Positions 18,406-26,030 of a stretch of DNA of 32,052 nt are shown here, piece by piece. The stretch spans positions 1-32,052 of the IMG/VR virus record IMGVR_UViG_3300025652_000295; one strand, written 5' to 3'. A program made the translations under genes and the position numbers. The DNA is from a virus. Its lineage: Duplodnaviria; Caudoviricetes. The notes beneath the pieces are model-generated. The model was given only the letters and a program-made list of their open reading frames with translations. It was not told where the DNA came from and searched no databases. Every line of letters begins with the position of its first letter. The first letter of the stretch is position 1.

Positions 18406-19614
18406 TTACCCTTTATGACCTTTCTCCTGGTTAGCTAAACTGAAATCTAACCTAAACTGAATAGGCATATTACTTTCATTTCTTACAATCTTACTACCAT
18501 CTTCTATTAATATTGCAAAGTAATTACTATCAACCTCCATATATGCCATCTTTGAAATTAGCATACTATTAGCAAATTCTAACTCCTCCCTACCTATACT
18601 TTTAGAATAAGCTGTATATGTATTAGTACTTATGTTTTGAACAACCGCCCTACCAAATGCACTAGAATCATAAGTAAGTCCTAAAGACTTTTGGTATGTA
18701 GTAGCTTTACCCGTTAAACCTTCAATTTGATTACCTTTTAAAGTTATACTATCCTGTTTACCGAATCTATTAACAAAATGTATTCTAACATCTGTTGAGC
18801 ATCCTTCTACTATGTTAAACGTTCTTATTTCTGACCTATCACCATCATCACTCTGTAATTGAATAGTATAAGATGCAACATTAGTTAAGCTTATACCTTG
18901 TGCAATTAAATTAGCAGTACCTACAGGAGCATCTAAATAAGGATCAATTAAGTAATTAACTGGAAACGTATTCCAATCAGTAACCGCTAAAGTATCAGTA
19001 CTTAATGTACTACCTGATGCATCAAAAGTTAATATTTCAAAAGAGAAGTTTTTAGAAGCCATTCCTGTTATCGTACTCCACCCCATTCCTAAGAACTCAT
19101 TCTGACCTAGTTCAATTGTTTTAGGGTTTGGGCTTCCTGTTAAAAACAAACTAGCATTACTTATTAACTCGTAATCTGTTTTATCAAAACTAGCTAAACT
19201 AATATGGGATTCGCGCCAATTAAAAGCAGAACCCGTAGCACTTTGGTAATCAAAAGATGAGTTATTGTCATCATCAGGATCATAAGCCGTAACTAATAAA
19301 CCGTCAACTTCTGTAACCTCAAAAGCTCTAACAACATATTGCATATTATCAACATCATTAATAACAGCACTAGCTCCTAAAGTTTTTAGTATAAAACTTA
19401 CATTATCCTTTAAAACCTCTTGAATATCAAAAGTAAATTCATCAGTAGTACCTAAATCAGGCTGAACGCTAAAAGCTGCTATCCTAGTTGTTGCTGTATT
19501 GTGAATTTCTATAATTAAACTAACTATATTAACATCATCACTACTTAACGAATAAACCGTAGGTGTATATGCTAGTACTGGTTGTACTGGTATTGTAACT
19601 CCTGTAATTGCCAT
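18406..19614 (-). CDS. Putative distal tail / structural protein
   Basis: 402 aa, tail module. C-terminal 'IHFVNRFGKQDSITL' motif. Confidence 0.6.
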   Translation of the reverse strand: MAITGVTIPVQPVLAYTPTVYSLSSDDVNIVSLIIEIHNTATTRIAAFSVQPDLGTTDEFTFDIQEVLKDNVSFILKTLGASAVINDVDNMQYVVRAFEVTEVDGLLVTAYDPDDDNNSSFDYQSATGSAFNWRESHISLASFDKTDYELISNASLFLTGSPNPKTIELGQNEFLGMGWSTITGMASKNFSFEILTFDASGSTLSTDTLAVTDWNTFPVNYLIDPYLDAPVGTANLIAQGISLTNVASYTIQLQSDDGDRSEIRTFNIVEGCSTDVRIHFVNRFGKQDSITLKGNQIEGLTGKATTYQKSLGLTYDSSAFGRAVVQNISTNTYTAYSKSIGREELEFANSMLISKMAYMEVDSNYFAILIEDGSKIVRNESNMPIQFRLDFSLANQEKGHKG

Positions 19615-19615
19615 A

Positions 19616-20110
19616 TTAAAACTTATAACTATTAAATGTTTTTACCATCTTATCAACTAAAACATTGAAGTCTTTAAAAACCTCATCACCTACCTTAGTT
19701 AATATAGGGTCTAACTTATTCTCTAAAACGAAATCTATAAAATCTTTACGTCTACCGTTCTTACTAAACTTAAAACTTCCTTGTGTTGGTGAACCTTCTT
19801 TAAATATCTTCTGTTGAATCGCAAAAGCCATACTCTTCTTTTCCTTGTCACCACTTGCTAAAGCTCTTCTTTCAATCCAATCTATTAATACTGATATAGG
19901 AACTTTCTTTCCTCCTGGTTTCCTTCCGTTATTAACATACTTTGAATAGTCTTGCATTAGGATTTCAATAACAATAGAATCAGGTAACACCATTGTTCTA
20001 CCCTCCATTGAATCAATTAATTCACCACTAGCCTTATGACCTTGATTTAATAGCTCGTTTTGTAACTCAACTATTAACATTTTCTCTATTATGTTATAAT
20101 CAGCTTTCAT
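19616..20110 (-). CDS. Putative tail completion/neck protein
   Basis: 'ASGELIDSM...YVNNGRKPG..VP...LIDWI...AFAIQQKI...G' resembles HK97 gp10-like proteins. Confidence 0.65.
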   Translation of the reverse strand: MKADYNIIEKMLIVELQNELLNQGHKASGELIDSMEGRTMVLPDSIVIEILMQDYSKYVNNGRKPGGKKVPISVLIDWIERRALASGDKEKKSMAFAIQQKIFKEGSPTQGSFKFSKNGRRKDFIDFVLENKLDPILTKVGDEVFKDFNVLVDKMVKTFNSYKF

Positions 20111-20592
20111 TAGTAGTTAAAAGTACCTTCTATACAATCAGAATCTAATTCTACGGTAACACTATAAGTAGATTGCACTAGCTTATCATTTTGAACATCA
20201 TGAGCTAAGAAGCCATTTATGTTAGCCTGTCTAATAATAGAAAAACCGTTATCTCCCGCTATGTTTCTACTCATTAATTCAGCAATGTACTGATCTAAAA
20301 TAGTATCTACTCTTGCTTGACCATCTTGTAAACCTTCTGATTTTTGCCTATCTGTATTACGTAGGTCGTAACAGAATATATTAAATGTAAATTCCTTCCT
20401 AGAAGGTAAAAAAGAGTTATTAACTTTCCCTCGTACCATATTAGGAGTAGAAACAACCAAAAGAGCAGGATAACCTTTATCAGCTTGTAATCCATTGATT
20501 GCGCTAACCCTATTGTATATGAAGTTATCAACCGATGCAAAAGCATTAGATACGGTTTCAAACTCATTAATAATATTATCATAACTAGCCAT
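20110..20592 (-). CDS. Putative tail terminator protein
   Basis: 160 aa with 'YPALLV'. First gene of the tail operon. Confidence 0.55.
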   Translation of the reverse strand: MASYDNIINEFETVSNAFASVDNFIYNRVSAINGLQADKGYPALLVVSTPNMVRGKVNNSFLPSRKEFTFNIFCYDLRNTDRQKSEGLQDGQARVDTILDQYIAELMSRNIAGDNGFSIIRQANINGFLAHDVQNDKLVQSTYSVTVELDSDCIEGTFNY

Positions 20593-20596
20593 AGCA

Positions 20597-20627
20597 CTAA
20601 TATACTAATTTAGAACGGTTCTAAATA
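20597..20627 (-). promoter_or_regulatory. Tail-operon promoter (TATATTAG, 20597-20604) with palindromic operator AATTTAGAACGGTTCTAAATA (20607-20627)
   Basis: Perfect 8-3-8 inverted repeat. Box lies 4 nt before ATG 20592. Confidence 0.7.
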
Positions 20628-20639
20628 ACGAAATTATAT

Positions 20640-20783
20640 TTAGTAGTTATCTATGTCTATATGGAAAATTAACCAATTTAAGTTTATTGAGTATTTTATA
20701 AGGAATTTACCTTTCTTCTTAATAGAACCCCTAAAGTAGGGTATCAATTTTATTATAGGTTTTATTGTTATATCTGCTTTCAT
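20640..20783 (-). CDS. Small hypothetical protein (47 aa, not in ORF track)
   Basis: MKADITIKPIIKLIPYFRGSIKKKGKFLIKYSINLNWLIFHIDIDNY, A-rich start 10 nt after the upstream stop. Confidence 0.45.
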   Translation of the reverse strand: MKADITIKPIIKLIPYFRGSIKKKGKFLIKYSINLNWLIFHIDIDNY

Positions 20784-20793
20784 TCTTTTTAAT

Positions 20794-22197
20794 TTAAAGT
20801 ATTCTTTCTAATATTCCTGAAAATCTAAACTTCATTACCGTGTTATTTGTATCTGTAGAACACTCAAAATATATAACCTCTCTCCCTCCAACTACAAAAG
20901 GCTGTGATGGTGCTACTATCATATGGTTTTCAACATTAGTATCTATATCTTCTCTAAATATCTCGTACCTAGTTTCAGTAACTCTACTCCAAGAATATCC
21001 TACAACTGTAGTAGTTGGATTACCTCCGCCGCCACTAATCTTTAACACGTTCCCTTTTACCCAGTCCATTAATAAATTATGGTTAATTGGAGTATGGTAA
21101 ATACATTGTTGAGTTACTGACTTTTCAGCAGGAACTTGAGCTTGTATTGTAGAATCTGCTGATGCTCTTAATGTAATATCTTGCGCATTCCAACCTAAAC
21201 CACCAGTAGTATACACTACAACCCTATTTATACCAAAACCTGTAAATGATGTTGTATCTGTTCCTGTACTTCCTAAAGTATGAAAAGCTGTTATTTCATT
21301 GTAATTAGCATCAATATAAGTTATAATTAATACTAAAGCACCTGTTTGACCTAAACCATCTGTTGCATTATTGTATGTAATAGTAAAGGTTTGAGCTACA
21401 CTCATAATGTCAGTGTTAGGGTTAAAAGTACCACCCCATGGAGCTATTATTTCCTCTCCTGAACCTGAATCAATATCTAGGTTGTAACCCCACTTATTAA
21501 CCGTATTCCTACCTTGTCTTTTACCCATCGCAACCTCGTATCGGTAATCAGTAGGTCTAACAACTAAAGCATCATAATTATCCGAAACTGTTCCATTAAT
21601 TGGTGAGGTTAGTTTTTCAAAAGCTCCGTAATAAGTATTTATTCTAAATATAGTTTGATCTGTTGCGCTTGTATTTAAAAACCTTACTCTAAAATATCTT
21701 TCAGCTTTTACAAATATATGAGGGGGGTTTATTCTTGATGTATCATAAACAAAAGATAGTGATGTATCCCAGTTAGTTCCATCAGGTGAAAACTCAAAAT
21801 AAATAGTACCGTTTTGATCTGACTTAGTAGTTATCATTACATCAGCATAATCATTCAATTCAGCTACACCCGTAAATGTTGCCCCTGATACCAAAGGAAC
21901 TATAGAAGAATTAACTACTGATGTTTCACCTCTAACCCCATTAGATATACTAGAATCTACATAACCTTCTAATATGTCAAATAAAGCATCTAAGTCATCA
22001 CTAACAGGTAATGTAACATCTGAATGTTTAAATGTTATTTTGTACTGACCTAAAGAAACTGAGTTACTACTATTATCGTAAATAGTAATATTAGTTGATC
22101 CTTTGCTAAGTTTTATATTATCGTATTTAATATACGTTTCAAAAGAACCAGTATCTATATATATACCACTACTTTTATTTTCAATTGTTATAGCCAT
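20794..22197 (-). CDS. Putative virion fibre/decoration protein (multi-domain, beta-rich)
   Basis: 467 aa, Thr/Ser/Gly-rich, own promoter, adjacent to the tail operon. 'FSPDGTNWD...YFRVRF' and 'VNKWGYNLDIDS' domains. Confidence 0.5.
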   Translation of the reverse strand: MAITIENKSSGIYIDTGSFETYIKYDNIKLSKGSTNITIYDNSSNSVSLGQYKITFKHSDVTLPVSDDLDALFDILEGYVDSSISNGVRGETSVVNSSIVPLVSGATFTGVAELNDYADVMITTKSDQNGTIYFEFSPDGTNWDTSLSFVYDTSRINPPHIFVKAERYFRVRFLNTSATDQTIFRINTYYGAFEKLTSPINGTVSDNYDALVVRPTDYRYEVAMGKRQGRNTVNKWGYNLDIDSGSGEEIIAPWGGTFNPNTDIMSVAQTFTITYNNATDGLGQTGALVLIITYIDANYNEITAFHTLGSTGTDTTSFTGFGINRVVVYTTGGLGWNAQDITLRASADSTIQAQVPAEKSVTQQCIYHTPINHNLLMDWVKGNVLKISGGGGNPTTTVVGYSWSRVTETRYEIFREDIDTNVENHMIVAPSQPFVVGGREVIYFECSTDTNNTVMKFRFSGILERIL

Positions 22198-22234
22198 TTA
22201 GTAGAATAAATTATGGCTTATAGTTGTGTGTAAG

Positions 22235-22242
22235 CTAATATA
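22235..22242 (-). promoter_or_regulatory. TATATTAG promoter box (also at 20597, 23049, 27244, 31261)
   Basis: Recurrent intergenic octamer, always upstream of a minus-strand gene and here directly after a terminator. Confidence 0.6.
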
Positions 22243-22244
22243 AT

Positions 22245-22269
22245 AAAAAAGGGGTGAATTAACACCCCT
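22245..22269 (-). terminator. Rho-independent terminator
   Basis: AGGGGTG / CACCCCT stem plus T-run. Confidence 0.85.
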
Positions 22270-22278
22270 ATTATTAAT

Positions 22279-22368
22279 TTAATCGTTAAAACTATCTATA
22301 ATCCGTTGAATACCATTAAATACAACTCTTATCATAATGAATATAAAAACGAATACTAAAAAACTCAT
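22279..22368 (-). CDS. Putative 29-aa single-TM peptide (not in ORF track)
   Basis: MSFLVFVFIFIMIRVVFNGIQRIIDSFND. ATG abuts the upstream stop and the ORF ends just before the terminator. Confidence 0.45.
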   Translation of the reverse strand: MSFLVFVFIFIMIRVVFNGIQRIIDSFND

Positions 22369-22875
22369 TTACTTATTCGCAATATTTATAATATCGTTTA
22401 ACATCTTGAAATCTACAAATAACTCTTTATGGTTAGAATCAGATAAATATCTTTCATTTATACCATCATAAACAGTACTTATTTGCTCGTATTGTTGAGT
22501 AAAACCGCTTAATATACTAGCTTTTTCAGCTTTAGCCTTGTTTGTAACTGGTCTATTCTTCTTAATAGCTTCTAAATCTTCAAACATCTTATCAACTGAT
22601 GCTCCTGCATCTATCAATAATTGAGGAAATTCTAAAACAACTTTCTTCTTTAACTCTTCCTCTTGGTTAATTTGGTCTATCTGCTTTTTCCTTTGCTCAA
22701 TAATAGCAATCTTAAAATCTCTTTCCTGCTCCTTTTGGTAAACAGTGTTTAAGTCCTCAAAATCATTTGTTTCTTTACCTAAGATACTTTCAATCCATTT
22801 ATCAAGAAACATTACACGCTCTGTAAATCTACTTAATTCCTTTTCTAATACTTCTTTTGTTGCTAAACTGCTCAT
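22369..22875 (-). CDS. Coiled-coil hypothetical protein
   Basis: 168-aa helical, charged ORF. Confidence 0.7.
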   Translation of the reverse strand: MSSLATKEVLEKELSRFTERVMFLDKWIESILGKETNDFEDLNTVYQKEQERDFKIAIIEQRKKQIDQINQEEELKKKVVLEFPQLLIDAGASVDKMFEDLEAIKKNRPVTNKAKAEKASILSGFTQQYEQISTVYDGINERYLSDSNHKELFVDFKMLNDIINIANK

Positions 22876-22880
22876 AGTTT

Positions 22881-23024
22881 TTAATTTTCCGTTATTATTC
22901 TTATTTGTTCCGATTGTGGTATGTGACCTATTGCGAATTGTAAACTAGCTATTTCCTGCGCTACGTCCATAATACTTTCATCTTCGCTATAGTTTGGTAC
23001 TACAAATATGTAATCATCATTCAT
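22881..23024 (-). CDS. Small acidic hypothetical protein (47 aa, not in ORF track)
   Basis: MNDDYIFVVPNYSEDESIMDVAQEIASLQFAIGHIPQSEQIRIITEN, between the promoter box at 23049 and gene 22875. Confidence 0.55.
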   Translation of the reverse strand: MNDDYIFVVPNYSEDESIMDVAQEIASLQFAIGHIPQSEQIRIITEN

Positions 23025-23078
23025 AAAGTTCTATGTATATTTTTACCGCTAATATAATAATTAATAATGTTACTACCG

Positions 23079-23807
23079 TTACTTTTTGTGGGTACATAAA
23101 AGATTACTGTTAATTAAAATTTCATATCCTAACTTAGCAGCATCAGTAAATACAAATGTATCACTAAAAGCTTTCTTACTTACCTTTGGGTCAGTTCTAA
23201 ATTTAATATCCTCTAACACCTCTCTACTGAATAAAGTACAACCAATTCCAGTAGCGGTTATCTTTGCATCTACATCACTTAAAAGATGCCTTAAAGGTAC
23301 ACAACCTTGACCCATTAAATCATAACCACCTTTTCTAGTCATCATTAGCTCACTACGAACTAAATTAGTATCTACAGTACTTGTTAAACATAAAACATCT
23401 TCCTCTTCTTTCTTAATCTCATAAGTTGCAGTTACAATACTAGCACCGTAAACATCAGCATAAGTAACTAAGTTTTCTATGATACATTCACCCGTAAATA
23501 CATCACTTTCAATCATTAGTAAATAATCGTAATTACCATTTAAAAAGTAACTACGTATAATATTTTGATGCCTTGCTAATTCCTCCCTGCCCTTAGTAGT
23601 TTTAAAATCTGCTTTAAACGGTTCGTGAACGGCTTTAATACCTCGCTCCCAAAATAACTTAACATGATTCGCATCAGGTGAATTATCCAATACAAATATA
23701 TCATAGTTTAAATAGGTAAATGTTTTTAGTTGTGTTATAAACTCTTCTACGCAATAATCTTTAGATGATGCTGTAGGCATTGATACTAATACTCTTGGGT
23801 TACTCAT
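23079..23807 (-). CDS. Glycosyltransferase, family 2 / GT-A fold
   Basis: 'VLVSMPT', 'IFVLDNS', 'YDYLLMIESDV' (DxD-like), 'GIGCTLFSREV', 'SD..F...A.KLGY.I'. Confidence 0.85.
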   Translation of the reverse strand: MSNPRVLVSMPTASSKDYCVEEFITQLKTFTYLNYDIFVLDNSPDANHVKLFWERGIKAVHEPFKADFKTTKGREELARHQNIIRSYFLNGNYDYLLMIESDVFTGECIIENLVTYADVYGASIVTATYEIKKEEEDVLCLTSTVDTNLVRSELMMTRKGGYDLMGQGCVPLRHLLSDVDAKITATGIGCTLFSREVLEDIKFRTDPKVSKKAFSDTFVFTDAAKLGYEILINSNLLCTHKK

Positions 23808-24298
23808 TTTAATAGTTCTTTGCTTGTTTCGTTAAATATTAACCCATGTAAAGGGCACTTTATAACCCCATCTTTAGGTTTAACTTGTGATAAATCAAAC
23901 CCTCTATGTGGGCATTTTCCTTTATGTATGCACTTATGTTTTAATTTACTTTTACTTATCTGAAAAGAAGGAGTTATACCTTTGTGTTCTTCATTTATAA
24001 CAGGCATAATAAAATACTCTAACTTACCATGAACACCCTTTTGAGGTCTAATTTCTTCAGCAAAATAATACTTAGAGTGTTTATTAACTACAGTAGGATA
24101 GTAATCATCGTTTTTATGCTTTAAAAACCTGTAATCAACATGGTAATGCACTTCCTTTTGTCCATTCTCAACATCGTTATGAGGGTGATTAATAACAGGA
24201 GTTATATAAGTAATACTATTATCATGCCTTACAACACAAGGCACTAAGTAAGATTCTCCCACTTTAACGGGTCTATTAATATCTTCTATCTTAATCAT
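23804..24298 (-). CDS. Protein with a C-terminal Rieske-type [2Fe-2S] motif and a His-rich N-terminal region
   Basis: CPH-x16-CPLHGLIFN matches CxH-x15-17-CxxH. Also HPHND and HYHVD. Confidence 0.75.
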   Translation of the reverse strand: MIKIEDINRPVKVGESYLVPCVVRHDNSITYITPVINHPHNDVENGQKEVHYHVDYRFLKHKNDDYYPTVVNKHSKYYFAEEIRPQKGVHGKLEYFIMPVINEEHKGITPSFQISKSKLKHKCIHKGKCPHRGFDLSQVKPKDGVIKCPLHGLIFNETSKELLK

Positions 24299-24507
24299 TT
24301 CCTTTTCCGTTTTGGTTTGTTTCTATTATGCGCTTGTTCTTTTATCTCATAGGTTAAAGTTTCCTTTGCTACCTCAATACTCACATACCTTAGTATATCC
24401 CATACATTAGTATTATAAACGCTTTCTAATGGTGTTAATCCTTCTTTAGTGAAAATATTCTTTTCAGCAATTTCATAGGCTTTATTCTCCCAATAAAGTT
24501 GCTGCAT
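24295..24507 (-). CDS. Tail chaperone gpT-like segment, probably expressed by -1 frameshift from 24435..25223
   Basis: Its frame is open back to the T9 run at 24598-24606. Confidence 0.6.
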   Translation of the reverse strand: MQQLYWENKAYEIAEKNIFTKEGLTPLESVYNTNVWDILRYVSIEVAKETLTYEIKEQAHNRNKPKRKRK

Positions 24508-25223
24508 GATTTTTTCACTGACTGATCCAATAGGGATTCCTTTTTTTCCATTAAAGATATTACTAAAGAATTTTGATTGCTGTTTAAAGAATTGAGCAAA
24601 AAAAAATAACCTTTATACGCTTCTGATACTGGTAAGTTTTCAAAAGCCTTACTTCTCATTTCTATTAAACTATCATCATACTGCTCGTTAGGATTCTCTC
24701 TAAATAAGATTGCAGTTATATTACTTAAATACTCCCACTTTCTATACTTCTTTTGTTGGTATAGGTTAGCTAGTGCTTGACTTTCTGCAAAGTGTTTATA
24801 AGTAGCACCACCTAACATCTTATCTACTCCTCCTGCTGTTTTAACGCTTTCAATAAGTGTATAAGTAGTTTTACCTAATACAATCGTTTCACTACTCCCT
24901 ATTTCATTCTCAGACGGTTCACCTAAGAACTTAGATACGGTTTCAAACAAAAAGGTCAAAGATACATCATTAGCATCTTCAACCTTAATATCTGCTTCTA
25001 ATAAATCTCTAGGTATATCACTAAACAGCTCTATCCAATCAATGTAGAACTTTAATAACTTACTTGTTGATATGCTAGATGGTTCATCAGAATATAGATA
25101 ATGTTCTAACCATTGTGGGATTTCACCTAAATAAGAATGAGCCTTACTCATTTGCTTAATAGTGTTATCGCTCCACTCGTTTCTAATAGTGTATTCTTTG
25201 TTTAGTATAGTTGCTTTTATCAT
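24435..25223 (-). CDS. Putative tail assembly chaperone (gpG-like)
   Basis: Contains YFFL encoded by TAT TTT TTT TTG (slippery) and overlaps a downstream -1 ORF. Confidence 0.6.
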   Translation of the reverse strand: MIKATILNKEYTIRNEWSDNTIKQMSKAHSYLGEIPQWLEHYLYSDEPSSISTSKLLKFYIDWIELFSDIPRDLLEADIKVEDANDVSLTFLFETVSKFLGEPSENEIGSSETIVLGKTTYTLIESVKTAGGVDKMLGGATYKHFAESQALANLYQQKKYRKWEYLSNITAILFRENPNEQYDDSLIEMRSKAFENLPVSEAYKGYFFLLNSLNSNQNSLVISLMEKKESLLDQSVKKSCSNFIGRIKPMKLLKRIFSLKKD

Positions 25224-25432
25224 TACCTTTTAAGGTTCTTAGATATTCTGTTTAAATCTGCAATAGCTTTATTAAGGTTAGCACAAGCTGCTGTACCTAT
25301 CTCGCTTCTACTTTTTAATAAAATACTAGACATTTCACTAACCAGGTTATCCATCTTATCAGCAATAACTAATTTAGGAGCTTTAGCTACCTTTTTCTTT
25401 TTTACCTCTTTAGGCTTGTTTTCTTCTTCCAT
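25223..25432 (-). CDS. Small basic hypothetical protein
   Basis: 69 aa. TATATTTA box 5 nt upstream (25438-25445). Confidence 0.7.
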   Translation of the reverse strand: MEEENKPKEVKKKKVAKAPKLVIADKMDNLVSEMSSILLKSRSEIGTAACANLNKAIADLNRISKNLKR

Positions 25433-25453
25433 AGTTGTAAATATAATTATTTT

Positions 25454-25933
25454 TTAATAAACTAATTCTTTTAGTGCTTTTTGGTATGCCTCGTTCGCCT
25501 CTAACTCACTGTTAAAATGACCTAATATTTTTCTTTTACCATTCACTTGTATCCTAGCCCTCCATTTTGCTTTTCTTTTTGACTGATAACTAACACCCAC
25601 AAAAGAAGATCTTCCTTTCTTATTATTCTTAACAATATTCTCTCTATTAGATATGATTTGTAGATTATCTAGTTTATTATTCAATCTATCATTATCTATA
25701 TGATCTATCACAAGACTATGCCCATTAGGATTATGACCCAAGAAAGCCATAGCTACTAGTTGGTGCACTCTAAATGTTTTATTAATAGAGTATCTGGTTA
25801 ACTGCACCTTCTTATACCCTACACTCACGCCTCCTTTCAAAATCCTTTCTTTACCAAACCAAAGACTCTTAACTCTTCCTATATTACTTACTTCGTAATT
25901 AGGGTAATCTTTAATACTCTTCCAAATTTCCAT
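25454..25933 (-). CDS. NUMOD4-HNH-AP2 homing endonuclease
   Basis: 'EIWKSIKDYPNYEVSNIGRVKS' (NUMOD4), 'VHQLVAMAF...DHIDNDRLNNKLDNL...N' (HNH), 'GVS...KWRARI...LGHF' (AP2). Start set at MEIW. Confidence 0.92.
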   Translation of the reverse strand: MEIWKSIKDYPNYEVSNIGRVKSLWFGKERILKGGVSVGYKKVQLTRYSINKTFRVHQLVAMAFLGHNPNGHSLVIDHIDNDRLNNKLDNLQIISNRENIVKNNKKGRSSFVGVSYQSKRKAKWRARIQVNGKRKILGHFNSELEANEAYQKALKELVY

Positions 25934-26030
25934 AAATAAAAAACCCCTAACTATCAAAGGTCGCAGACTCATCAAGTTAAGGGATTTAATAAAGTTTTTT
26001 AAATAGCTACGACACTATGCCGTAAATATA
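25934..26030 (-). promoter_or_regulatory. Promoter plus structured leader RNA of the HNH gene
   Basis: TATATTTA at 26023-26030, two hairpins with complementary loops, and a U-run just before the ATG. Confidence 0.55.

Noticed and set aside
20307-20597. Alternative-frame minus ORF of 96 aa
   Set aside because: Nested in 20110..20592, with its start inside the promoter box. No supporting motif.
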